DNA of 20,000 nucleotides from Chiloscyllium plagiosum (Eukaryota). A model generated the notes under the pieces. That model did no database searches. It saw only the letters and a program-made list of their open reading frames with translations, and was not told the origin of the DNA. The position numbers were made by a program, and so were the translations under genes. The DNA is taken from the NCBI RefSeq assembly GCF_004010195.1, contig NC_057718.1, positions 38,957,277-38,977,276 on the forward strand, read 5' to 3'. Shown here one piece after another: positions 1-11,375 of this stretch; the stretch's first letter is position 1, and each line of letters opens with the position of its first letter.

Positions 1-108
1 CTAAAAAGGTGAAATTGTTCTCACTCATTAGCAGATCAAGAGCTTGGGCACAGTTTTGAAGTGCTTCGCAAAAGAAGCAAATGTGAGGTGAGAAAATAAA
101 GTTTATTA

Positions 109-1595
109 CAGAGGAATATCAATTATCTGAATATCGGATTATCCAAAGGAGATCTCGAGGTTCCTATAGAAACATTACATCAAAGACGTGTTTCCAACGC
201 TGAACATGTCTTTTGTTTACAGTGATTAAAAGTGAACTTGGCTTATTGAAATGCTGCTGAGAACAGTCCTGGACATCGATGGGAGCACAGGCACGGTCTC
301 CAAATGACTGACCTCCCGCCTTCTCTTTCCCTCCCCACACTTTCCCTGGAGTTCTACACGTGTGTGTACCCTGAACCTCCCTTCCCCAGATAATCTCTCC
401 AACATTGTCCTGTACAGGGCAAAGGTGGAACCTGTCAAAATGTCCTGCAGTAATCTTGTTGGTGTTCAGTCCGGCTGCCCCAGAGTGGGGTTGGGGGTGG
501 ACGGGGGGGTGCACAGGTGGTGGACGGGGGACGGTGTTGGACAGGTTTGGGGAGGCGGGCAGGCATGCATGGGTGGACGGGGGCGGGTGGGGGCGAGTGA
601 GGANNNNNNNNNNNNNNNNNNNNNNNNNNNNNNNNNNNNNNNNNNNNNNNNNNNNNNNNNNNNNNNNNNNNNNNNNNNNNNNNNNNNNNNNNNNNNNNNN
701 NNNNNNNNNNNNNNNNNNNNNNNNNNNNNNNNNNNNNNNNNNNNNNNNNNNNNNNNNNNNNNNNNNNNNNNNNNNNNNNNNNNNNNNNNNNNNNNNNNNN
801 NNNNNNNNNNNNNNNNNNNNNNNNNNNNNNNNNNNNNNNNNNNNNNNNNNNNNNNNNNNNNNNNNNNNNNNNNNNNNNNNNNNNNNNNNNNNNNNNNNNN
901 NNNNNNNNNNNNNNNNNNNNNNNNNNNNNNNNNNNNNNNNNNNNNNNNNNNNNNNNNNNNNNNNNNNNNNNNNNNNNNNNNNNNNNNNNNNNNNNNNNNN
1001 NNNNNNNNNNNNNNNNNNNNNNNNNNNNNNNNNNNNNNNNNNNNNNNNNNNNNNNNNNNNNNNNNNNNNNNNNNNNNNNNNNNNNNNNNNNNNNNNNNNN
1101 NNNNNNNNNNNNNNNNNNNNNNNNNNNNNNNNNNNNNNNNNNNNNNNNNNNNNNNNNNNNNNNNNNNNNNNNNNNNNNNNNNNNNNNNNNNNNNNNNNNN
1201 NNNNNNNNNNNNNNNNNNNNNNNNNNNNNNNNNNNNNNNNNNNNNNNNNNNNNNNNNNNNNNNNNNNAGGCAGGTGGGGGCGGTTGGGAGCTGGCGGGGT
1301 TCGGTATTGGACGGGATTGGGGATGGGGGGACGGGGGGGCGGTGTTGGACGGAGGCGGGGTTGGACGAATGCAGGGGATGAGGAAGGGGCGGGAACGCAC
1401 GGGATGTGGGGGAGGAGGAGGAGGGGTTTGGGGGCTTGCGCGCAGTGTGTTGCTGCCTAGTCTCGTGAACAGGGAGCAGACTTCACAGAAAACTCTGAGC
1501 CCCAGAGGAAAGGCATTGAATCAATTAACCAAATAATCAATTATCTGAACGTAACAGTGCCCGTCCATCTTGTTCAGATAATCGAGATTCCTCTG
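109..1595. mobile_element. Tc1/mariner-superfamily (Tigger/pogo-like) DNA transposon, probably non-autonomous
   Basis: 23-bp TIRs: cagaggaatatcaattatctgaa (109-131) versus the reverse complement of 1573-1595, cagaggaatctcgattatctgaa (21/23 identical). TA on both sides (107-108, 1596-1597). Subterminal copies of the attatc(c/t) motif near 140 and 1540. No transposase in the sequenced parts. Confidence 0.88.
604..1267. other. Assembly gap (664 N) flanked by G-rich low-complexity sequence
   Basis: Run of N. Flanks 487-603 and 1268-1435 are dominated by GGG/GGGG tracts. Confidence 0.99.
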
Positions 1596-2049
1596 TACAT
1601 AGTGAATAATTAGGATATGGATTGCAGTATCTGGAAGTGTGCTGGAGGGAAGTTCAATTGAGGCATTCAATTGAACTTCCTGAGAGAGATTGGCTAATTG
1701 TTTTTATTTAAATAATGTGCAGGGCTACAGGGAAAAGATAGGAGAATGATGCTGAGATAACATAATTAGAGACCCCATGCAGGCACAATACACCAAATGG
1801 GCCTTCTACTGCACTGTTTTAAAAAGGAATCTGAGTCCAAGTTTGTTTAGAAAATAAACCGATCAACTTGAGGGGAAAAACCGTGCTGATTCATATTTAA
1901 ATGTTGCAGAGGGGTTGGTGCAAGGTGAATAGGAGCTAAAGTACTACTGTGCACTAAGTTTTGTTATATATTGTTAGTATATAGTCTGTAAATGATGTGC
2001 TTTTACAAACATGGTAATTGTATTAAAACAATTTAAGGCACTTTTTAAA

Positions 2050-2145
2050 AATGTTGCATATGTGAAAAATCTAAAACGAAAACAGAAAACACTTAAGTAA
2101 ACAATTCGCCCATCAAGCACTTGCAAAGAGAAGACTTTTCAGGTA
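2050..2145 (-). mobile_element. Highly decayed Penelope-like terminal-repeat remnant
   Basis: gcatatgtgaaaaatctaaaacgaaaacagaaaac...gagaagacttttcagg resembles the reverse complement of the unit at 14061-14190 (cctgaaatgtt...tttctgatttccagcatc). Confidence 0.4.
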
Positions 2146-3185
2146 TATGTTGTGTTCCTGAAGCAGAAACTCAGGGTGCATGAGAATAAAATCAAAGCTC
2201 TTGATTATCATTTTTAATTTTCTAGAACTGGCTATTATAGCACAGTGTAACTGAGAATTTTCTTTTGACAAAACAGCTTAAATAATTTAACATCTACTAC
2301 TCAAATATGGTGGTTTGACATTTTTCAGCTGTTAAAGAAACTCCAGCAAGTTACTTTTTTTAAAGTAGTAAGGAATATCCTGAACAGAAATAGTTTTAAA
2401 AAAACACTCTAAAACAGTTCCCCCTTGCAGAGATTCCTGGCAGATTTCTTTTTGTGATGATGCACAAATTAGTTTAAGCAGAAGTTCAATCTGGATTGTT
2501 GTTGGCACCCAAAAGAGGTACTCAACCCAGATCTCTCAATGTTCTGAAGAAGCTGCTTTTTGGAATGAACCTGATGTAGTTGTATACAAGTAATCTGTTA
2601 AATATATAAAAGATCCATTTCAGTGGAGTAACGATCAGACATTCAGTTTGATGTTAATTGAAATACTGCAAATGCATTTGATGCAATTTGTATTTACATA
2701 TTGATTACAGCCAGAGTTTCTCTGACAAACAAACTATATAAACTAAAAGGAGGAATTTGAAAGTTTTGACAATCTTGCTTCAGAACTTGAAACTTCTAGT
2801 CAAAAAAACATTGAATACAGAAATGTGCTAACATAAAGAGACAATCTAATCATTGTCAAAAGCAGGCAAATATTGGTCTAAATATGCAATAGAGAAATAG
2901 AAACTCACTAACAATTAAGTAATGCAAAACAGCAATTTGAAGGTCAGGAATGAAAAAGAACTTTGCTTGCAAAGTGCAAGTTGTCATTGTCTCTGTTATG
3001 CTGATTGAGAAGAACACCCAGTCTACTAATGTGGTGAGCATTTTCACAGTGAAGTCATTCATTATCAAGGGAACCAGTATATTTTATTAAGAATGTATGT
3101 CACTGAATTAATTCCAGACAGTAAGATATATAAGAAATGACACCTTTTGATATTTGCAAACATGTGTGTGTGTGCACTTATACAT

Positions 3186-4007
3186 TGTGATAGAAAGTAT
3201 ATGATTAAATGTAATTTTGACAGTTTAGATATCAAAATGGTGGCATATTGATGTTGGTTACTTTTGTGAGGGGTCTAAAAACAAAGTCAGAGAGCTGATA
3301 ACTACAAGCCCCCTGGAGTGTTAATGGAGTATTGTTTGTTTATACTGTGAGGTTTACAAGCAGTAAGCACTGAAAGGCATTCGCTTGTTTTTTGCTTTAA
3401 GATAATCAAAGATTGGTTTCATCTTAGAAAAACTCAGATTGAATAATTTTAGAAGAGACATGATTCGGGTCAGAAACAAGTATAGTTTTTCTCCTTGGAA
3501 AAAGTAAAGGACAGTTCAGGGAAAACAGTTACCTAATGTAAACATTTACTTTGCTAAACTTCCAGACCAAGACAGTTCAGTTAGAAATCTCCAGATTATC
3601 ATAAGACTGTGAAAGGGTAAGTTTTCAGTTTCGTAAGTATTCATGTAAGATTACTTTACAGTTCACAGTACAACTGGGCAGTCACAGTTAAGTCAAACCT
3701 AAAGGTTTGATGCCGAATGATAATTTATCTTGATTTGAAATGTTATAAAGTAATGGTTTTGTGAAAAGATGAGATTTTATAATGTGTTTTGGGTCTTAAG
3801 ATCTTTCAAACTGTTTCTTCAAATTTAGATAGCTTAGTTTGTTTTTTTTCAGTTTGTGTAATGAACTTCAGTTTCATTGTCAAAATCTGAAACCTATATG
3901 TTTGTTTTATTGAATGGCCAACTTGTTAGTGCATAAGAAGACAGTCGAGCCAGTTTTCATTCTGGGATCTGACATGTCCAGTACTAACATCAGCTGGGAT
4001 CATAACA
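3186..4007 (+). mobile_element. Putative 5' LTR of a Gypsy-type LTR retrotransposon
   Basis: Starts tgtgata and ends ...ctgggatcataaca (TG...CA, imperfect terminal inverted repeat). Followed by a possibly decayed PBS-like stretch and a gag-like reading frame about 130 nt downstream. The left boundary is less certain than the right. Confidence 0.55.
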
Positions 4008-4133
4008 ATTAGACTTTCGCTAGATTTGAGCTCATTGAACTTAAGAGGAATTCTATGTCACTTTTAAAGAAACGGGGTGAATGGAGGCTCTGAAGAAAAT
4101 GCAGGAGTATTGCTGTGAAGATTAGATTTAACG

Positions 4134-5512
4134 ATGGCTTTGAGTATTGCTAAGAGTTTTCTGTGAATGGATGACATAACATTGAATCATTTGAAATCTT
4201 TGCAAACGGCTAGGCTAAGAGAATTAAAAGATAAGTTGAAAGTTAAGTAAAAGCACAACTTCATAAGGAGCATATGCTTTAAGTGATTATCCAACATTTA
4301 GAATTAGAAAAGTGGAAACCTGAAATTGAGATGCCAAAGCTACAGTTGGCTAAGATATGGTTAGAAATGAAGAAAAAAAAAGAAAAAGGAGATGAAAATA
4401 GGAATGGAAAGGAAGTAAGACTAGGAAATAAGAACGATTGAAATGAATAGGGAGGAAGGAAAAAACACCAATAGAAAAAGAGATGGAATTAAAGCATGAA
4501 CTTAAAAGAGATCAGGCAACTAGCCAACAGGAATTGGCCAGACAATAGCTTAAAGAAGTAAAGTAAAGGTTGTATTTGAGAGGATGATTCTGATTCCAGT
4601 GAGGGATTTGATTTAACTAAAAATCTGTTTTAGATTTTAAATCTAAATTTACTGAGACTGGAGTCTAAAGATATTACACCTCATTTGAAAAGGTAGTTGG
4701 ACAGATGTTTGGACCTCAATGTTAAAGAGTGCTTTGACTTCCACAGCTGTGACCATATATGTAAGAACAATCAGCAGATTGTGAAACTGGAAAAAAGCAA
4801 TACTATGAACTTGTCCCCATAGTTTAACAATTAGCATTTAGAATGACAAGAAAAAATATACAGTCAGAAATTTGCAGAGCTTGCAAGAGAAAAGAAAATG
4901 TTGTAGGATCACTGGTTTCAATTACTCAAGCTAGAGAAGTGTTTTAAAAATCTAAGGGAAATTATGATTATGGAAGAATTCATCAATAGCATTCTTGAAA
5001 TCCTAAAAATGCATGTAGATGAGCTCAAGTATCAAAATTCTGAGAAGCAACAGTTCTGGCATGAAATCTAACACACACGGTTACATGTGGAAAGATGGTT
5101 ATTTTTGTATCGATATGGAAATTAGAGGAATAGAATATCTGAAGGTGGAAGAAGTACTAGTCCTAGAGACCAAATAGGAAGATGCCAGAGTATTAAAGGA
5201 GAAGAGCTAGAACCAAAAACTAAAGAAACGTAGCGAAAATAACATGCCTCTATTGTAGTAAAACCAAAGTGCTTGAAGTTAAGTGGGCGCCCAGTTATGG
5301 TAGCAGAAAAGTCAAAGGAATCTTCAGAAAAGGGGGCATCAGGAAAGAAAATGGACATTAAACCTGTAGCAGTGGTTGAATATGTTCACTTTAAATGGGA
5401 GAGAAAAGAAATGATTCCTAGCAGTCAGGAAAATTGTTCATCGAATATTAATAGAGAATCAGACCACAATAGTTTCTGAATACTTAATTAAAATGAGAGG
5501 TGTTTCCTTACT
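4134..5512 (+). pseudogene. Decayed Gypsy (Gmr1-like) gag with coiled-coil and SCAN/capsid-like region
   Basis: Frameshifted, stop-containing translation: MALSIAKSFL..., an E/K-rich coiled coil (EKEMELKHELKR), SEGFDLTKNL...YYTSFEKV, FAELAREK...DHW..., NLREIMIMEEFINSILEILKMHVDEL (~4949-5026; like the SCAN-related LRELILLEEFKN motif), and a possible degenerate zinc knuckle near 5080-5125. Truncated by a CR1 at ~5515. Confidence 0.7.
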
Positions 5513-5514
5513 GA

Positions 5515-6362
5515 GGTTTGGTGCTGAGTCAATTGCTTTTAGTCATTTATATAAATGATTTTGATGTGAATATAAGAGGAGTTGTAGTGGACATCGAAGA
5601 AGGTTGCTTCGGAGTACAACAGAATTTTGATCTGATGGGGCAGTGGGCCACGGAGTGGCAGGTGGAGTTTAATTAATTCAGATAAATGTGAGGTGCTGCA
5701 TTTTGGAAAGACAAATTAGGGCAGGACTTGTACTCTTAATGGTAAGGTCCTGGAGAGTGTTGCTGAACAAAGAGACCTTGGAGTGCAGGTTCATAGCTCT
5801 TTGAAAGTGGAATCACAGGTAGATAGGATAGTGAAGAAGGCGTTTGGAATGCTTTCCTTTATTAGTCAGTGCGTTGAGTATAGGAGTTGAGAAGTCATGT
5901 TATGGCTGTACAGGACATTAGTTAGGCCACTTTTGGAATATTGCATGCAATTCTGGTCTCCCTGCTACAGGAAGGATGTTGGGAAACATGAAAGAATTCA
6001 GAAAAGACTTCCAAGGATGGAGGGATCTGAGCTATAGGGAGAGGCTGAGTAGGCTGTGGCTATTTTCCCTAGAGCTGAGGGGTGATCTTACAGAGGTTTA
6101 TAATATCATGATGGGTGTGGATAGGGTAAATACTTTAAGGTCTTTTCCCCAGAGTGGGGGAGTCCAAAACTAGAGGGCATAGGTTTAAGGTGAGGGGAAA
6201 GGTTTAAAAGAGACCTAAGGAGCATGAATAGGAAGGGTTTGGAGGGATAAGAGTCAAATGCTGGTAAATGGGACTACATTTATGTAGGATATTTGGTTAG
6301 CATGGTCAAGTTGGACAGAAGGATCTGTCTGTGTGCTGTACATCTATATGACTGTATGATCA
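5515..6362 (+). mobile_element. 5'-truncated CR1 LINE (HER1-like) with RT C-terminus and 3' tail
   Basis: Translated remnants VIYINDFD, WATEWQVEF, DKCEVLHFG, EQRDLGVQVHSSLKVESQVDRIVKKAFG, LYRTLVRPLLEYCMQFWSP, LSYRERLSRL, LRGDLTEVYNIM. Tail gtgctgtacatctatatgactgtatga. The FADD-encoding segment appears deleted near 5580. Confidence 0.9.
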
Positions 6363-6499
6363 TGAGACGTGCAATAAACAGATCCCAAATTAAGTGTAAT
6401 GTGAATAGCCAACTCAGGAATTAATTCAGAGTCAATACCTGAGTGTGATTACTTGAACTAAGTAGGAAGTGAAACAAAAATATCAGAATAATTGAAATT

Positions 6500-7680
6500 A
6501 ACTATAAGAGTAAGGATGTTTCGTGTCAATCATACAGGGCATTGGTGACACCACATCTCAAATGCACTGTGCAGTTTTTGTTTCCCTATTTAAGAAAGGA
6601 CGTAAATGCATTTTAGATGGTTTGGAGGAGATTGATACCTAGAATGAGGAGGTTGTCTTATGAAGATAGGCTGGGCTTGGTTTAATTTCATTGAGTGTAT
6701 AAGATCCTAAATAGTTTTGACAAGATGGACATGGAAAGGATGATTCGTCTTAGTTGAGTCATGATCTAGAGTGCACTACTTTAAAGTTAGTAGTGGTTCT
6801 TTTAGGACAGACAAGAGAAGGAATTGTTCCCCCTGAGGCTTGTGTAATTTTCGAACACTTTGCCTTAGAAAGTGATGGAGGCTGGGTCACTGAATATTTT
6901 CAAGACAGTTCTGGATAAATTCTTGTTAATCAGGTGTTTTGGACTAGGCCAGACCTCAAAACAATTTTAAACAGGTAGCCAAGACTGTAATTTTGCTATT
7001 TGTTTAGCTAGATGTATAGTGGATATTCCCATTGTAAATTAGCTGGGTCGACGGCCAAGTTTTAAAAAACAAAATTTATTTATAAAATTCCAGAATGAAA
7101 CACAAAGAGCAGAAAATTAGAATACCCGATAACTTATCCTGTCCAAACCCGACTTAATGATGTTGTTCCAAAAACACACACATCCCTTAGCACAAACAGT
7201 AAAAAATGGCACAGGCTTACAGTTTGCAAGGAGAGAGAGTAGTCCAGCAGCATGTTTCACACAACCCCTGCCGTAACTAAACTGAAGTTCTGAACTGAAC
7301 TAAAGAGCTGGCCACACCCCCTTTACTATATTGTTTCGTTAAGACATGAAAGGCTTAGGCTTGAGGTATCATCTGTTTAGGGGGTAAACAAAAAGAGCCC
7401 AAATAAACCATTCATCTCTGCACCAACTCAGCCATTTTGGAGCTTAGGCTGTTTTACAGTCCCACTGGAAAAAAAACCAAGGATGCAGTACCTTTGAGAA
7501 AAAGGAACAGCTTTGAGAAAAGGATCAGCTTTGTGTCACGGGGGATCCAAAGCCTATTGGGATAGATGGGATTGTGGAATTCAAACCAAAAAAAATCAAT
7601 CATGATCTTTTTGAATGGTAGAGCAGGCTTAAGGGACCAAATGGTCGATTTCTAGTTCTATTTAGTATGCTCACATGTTC
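6500..7680 (+). mobile_element. Older CR1 LINE 3' fragment (6500-6934 and 7539-7680), interrupted by a solo LTR
   Basis: Remnants YRALVTPHL, CAVFVSLFKKG (frameshifted, typical of CR1) and MRRLSYEDRLG. After the LTR it resumes with a CR1 3' UTR/tail (catgatctttttgaatggtagagcaggcttaagggaccaaatgg...tatgctcacatgttc). Confidence 0.75.
6935..7538 (-). mobile_element. Solo LTR (604 bp), probably Gypsy-type
   Basis: TG...CA ends (tgttttgg...ttgtgtca). 4-bp flanks cagg (6931-34) and cggg (7539-42) match at 3/4, consistent with CpG decay of a TSD. The CR1 sequence is continuous across it. Minus orientation is inferred from tttatt (AATAAA on the minus strand) near 7075. Confidence 0.72.
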
Positions 7681-8803
7681 CAGCAATTAACCAATCAAAT
7701 CACTGAGGCATATTGTATTCAGCCCACCTGGGAAGAACATTTACAGCAATTTACTAGATAGTTTCATCATTTTAAACATGCATAGAAATTAAAAGGAAAA
7801 TTTAAGGCAGGGTTTAGGAAACCACTGGAAAGAAAAGGTTATTTCTGAAAAGGTGTGTCCCTGGAAAGAAAGGATTAAGGAAAGTGATGAGAAGGCAATT
7901 GGATTGTTTTATTCGGCTTATACATTCTTAATGTTCTTTTTAGGTTACATATTTCACACATTCTGCTTAAAGTTGGATTATACATAGCTTGAGCTATCTC
8001 TTAGTTTACAAAGAGCACTCGTCCACATTTGTGCTCACGTGTGGACAAGTTTCATATCTGGCTGATTTATTCTTGATAATAAGCTAGAAAGCCAGAGACC
8101 ACCCATTTTAAGTATTTCCTGGACCAATAGCCTCATTTTTAGGGATCAGTTAACTAATTGGATATTTTTGGGATTGCTGTCTATTTAAAGGTATTTCCCC
8201 TGAAACGCTGTTGTTAGATTAAAGGGCCAGAAATTCATCAGTGCCACTGAACGTGGTGGTTACTGGGGACTGAACCTGGAAGGATTGGCCCCAAGAGTGG
8301 ATGGATGTTACTGCTGGGAACCCACCTTTATGCAAAGTATGTAAGTTGCACTCACCCACCTCCCCACAAGCCTGCTGAGATGCCAGCAGATTAACCAGGC
8401 TGTGCATGTGCTTTCTCAGATAGCGGAGGACCCAATCAGTGCTAAATTGCCTCTGTTCATGGGAAGAGACCCTTAACTGGCTCAGTTGATTTCCTGGCAG
8501 GAGGGTCATCTTGTGCTTTCCGCATCATTGGTTGAATGAAATGGTGGCGGGAAGATGATAAGCTATGCAGCCACCACCCTCTCTCATCATTTTTTAGCTG
8601 CTCTGCCTACCAGCTTGTCATCTTAACTGTGTAACATCAAAGAACAAATAGAACTAAAACAAAATCAAATACTGCTCTTTCAGAATTACACAGTGTGACT
8701 TTTTGAAATGAAAATGAAGTAATCCTGCTTTATTCCAACAGAAATGGAATGCAACTGTAAGAAACTCAGATATTTTACTTTTTTTTAGCTTGTTCCAACT
8801 AGG

Positions 8804-9190
8804 AGGAGGCAGTGGTGTAATGATCATGTCACTGGATCTATAAGTCAAAGGCCCAGGCTAATGCTCTAGGGAGTTGGGTTCAAATCCCACCTCAGCAGTT
8901 AAAAAACTAAATTAGAAGCATTAAACCACTGTTGGTTGGGTGAAAGCTCACCTAATTCATTAATATCCTTTAGCAAAAGAGATCTCCCAATCCCTATCTC
9001 ATCTGTCTTATATACAAATCCAGACCCAAAGCGATGTGGTCACTTTGAACTGATCTAGAAAAGCACTCTGCATCAAGCCACAACAAAATCTTAAAAGAGG
9101 GAGCCTTCAAGAAGGAGGCACACCACCACTTTCTCATGGATAACTAGTGATGGGCAATAAATGTTAGCTCATCCAGCAACACCCTCCACT
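8804..9190 (+). mobile_element. tRNA-derived SINE with CR1-derived tail
   Basis: A-box-like gtggtgtaatg and B-box ggttcaaatccc (8877-8888). The body resembles the copy at 16240. The tail caccaccactttctca...gggcaataaatg is shared with the CR1 ends at ~13880 and ~16980. Confidence 0.78.
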
Positions 9191-10775
9191 TGGGTCTGAG
9201 TATTCAACAAGTAGCAGGTATTGGGAGAACTTGGGGTACTGAAAATGTGTGACCACAATCTAAACTTTAACATTGTAGTTCTAAAATGAATATGGAGTTT
9301 TTCAAGCTGATTGTGAACCATCAATCCATATATTGTCATTCATTTCTTGTTTGCCACTGTACTCCATACTGAACAAGCAAACTGACAGGCTTGTGGAAAC
9401 GGTGTTCATACACTTAGATCAAAACTGGCATCTTGATCCGTGTAGTCACTGAGTGTGATGTCAGTAAATTAAAATAGAAATGTGTTACACTTGGTTTAAT
9501 TTTATTCCATATTTGTTCAACAACATGTTTGTGTTGCATCTTTATGAATACGAAATACTTCACTGTAAATTGGTTGCTTTCAGAAATCATTATATTCCCT
9601 CTAATGTGTTACCAGTGCTTACATAACAATAAAGATCCAATTTGTTCAACTTAGTTTTTAATGGATTTGCCAATGAGAAAAGGCAGAAATCATTATAGTT
9701 GTTCAACTCCATCTTGGAAATTGGCTGAAAGATTTTACATATTTTCGTAGGACAAATAGATATTGAATTGCATGTATTTTCTACTCTGTGATATTGATAT
9801 GGAACACTGAGTTAAGTATTTATTTCAGAGTGGTAAAATAAACAAAGCTGTACTGAGAAAATCAAATATAGTTCTGTAAATTATTAATTTTTCTATGCTT
9901 TTTCCCTTCTTCAATCCTGAAAGTGCTAGTCTTGCCAAGAAACCCATAACACTCACTCCATTGTTGCCAAATGTCATTTGAAGACAATGAAAAAATGGCA
10001 CTGTGACAATAAAAACCTCGTAATTCAAAGAAAAAGATCCTCTATTTTAAGAATGGCAGTGTGTTGGATTAGTACCCACAATATGATGACTTATCAGAAA
10101 TTTCTTATGAAAATTATTTTAAGACCGTATTTACAGCTTGAAACAGTGGAATCTGTTCATCAGAAGAAGTCTAATGACTACAATCACAAACATTTCTCCC
10201 ATGCTCACAAGTACAAAGGAGTCTCTTTAAAGTATTTAAATAATGCAGAAATTCAGAGGGATAGAGAACATGGTCTGCACTAAATCAATAATGTGGTGGA
10301 AAGATTTTTTTGAAAGCATGTATACATGTTCAGGAACAAATCTCACACCCATGATAAGGTAGCTGAGAGAGTGCTACAAGTTGTAGTACAGAGAGCAGTG
10401 AAAAAGTAAGATGGTAGTGAATGACTGAAAAGTACTTTATATAAAATATATTTGGAATCCATAAAATAGGGAGTGCAAGACTGAAATAGGAGTCTGATGA
10501 ACAGAGATGTGGCAAAATAGATCGTAGTTTGCATGAGAAAATGTTTTGTAGCATTACAGTTGATTTGCTATTCAGCAGTAGAAAGTCAGCAATGATAGAT
10601 AGGTAAAGTCATGATGTACTAAAAGGCAAGACAGACATATTGGTGGATGATATAGTAATCAAAGAGTGTCTTGGTGACAGATCAGGTACGAGGGAAGAAC
10701 TGTAAGTTTAGCATCAACTTTCTAAGGTTTGTTGTACCAGCTGTGACCTTGGTGTCAGTCGGGAAAACATACAGA

Positions 10776-11375
10776 TGATCACCAACAATCTGTTCTGGTC
10801 CACCCAAATCGATGTGACGATCAAGAAAACACGTCAATGTCTCTACTTCCTCAGGAGGTTAAGGAAGTTTGAAATGTCTACAAGGACTCTTACCAATTTT
10901 ATAGATGCACCATAGAAAGCCACCTATATGAATACATCACAGTGTGGTATGGCAACTGATCTTCCCAAGACCGAAAGAAACTACAGAGTCGTGAACACAG
11001 ACCAGTCCATCATGCAAACCAGCCTTCCATCCATTTGCTTGCATCTGTACTTTGTGCTGTCTCGGGAAAGTAACCAACATAATCAAAACTCCTCCCACTC
11101 CACTTATACTTTTTTTTTCCTCCCTCTTCCGTCAGCTAGAAGATACAGAAGTTTGCATACGTGTACAAATAGATTCAAGAACAGCTTCTTCTCTGCTGTT
11201 ATCAGACTTTTGAATTCTGATCTCTCTCTCTGCACCTTCTCTGCGACTATAACACTGTATTCTGCTTTCTGTTCTGCTACCCTGGTGCGCTTTGTATGGT
11301 ATGATCTGCCTATATGGCATACAAAATAACACTTTTCGCTATCTCAGTACATAGGACAACAATCAGTCAATCAAT
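10776..11375 (+). mobile_element. 5'-truncated Rex1/Babar-type LINE
   Basis: Translation ITNNLFWSTQIDVTIKKTRQCLYFLRRLRKFEMSTRTLTNFYRCTIES...RVVNTDQSI...LPSARRYRSLHTCTNRFKNSFFSAVIRLLN. Ends in an (aatc)n-like tail. tgatca at 10776-81 and 11376-81 may be a TSD or microhomology. Confidence 0.88.

Larger units (their letters stand above)
1..1820 (+). mobile_element. Old CR1-type LINE 3' fragment (1-108 and 1596-~1820), split by a DNA transposon
   Basis: Joining across the insertion gives ...tgaggtgagaaaataaagtttatTAcatagtgaataattaggatatggattgcagt..., which resembles the CR1 ORF2 C-terminal coding region. It ends in a CR1-like 3' tail (aggcacaatacaccaaatgggccttctactgcactgt). Confidence 0.7.

Noticed and set aside
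362..1460. Long ORFs of 321-351 aa in the ORF track
   Set aside because: They stay open only because of the 664-N gap and G-rich low-complexity flanks. No transposase motifs are visible.
8219..8620. GC-elevated block starting ttaaagggccagaaatt as a Harbinger-like MITE
   Set aside because: Only one candidate terminus was seen, with no matching inverted end or TSD.
9825..10554. Short ORFs in AT-rich sequence (also 18189-18723)
   Set aside because: No recognisable domain, no convincing splice signals and no HHAT similarity. This many short ORFs is expected by chance.
10928..11329. 133-aa ORF as a host gene
   Set aside because: It is a frameshifted piece of the Rex1/Babar LINE C-terminus and 3' UTR.
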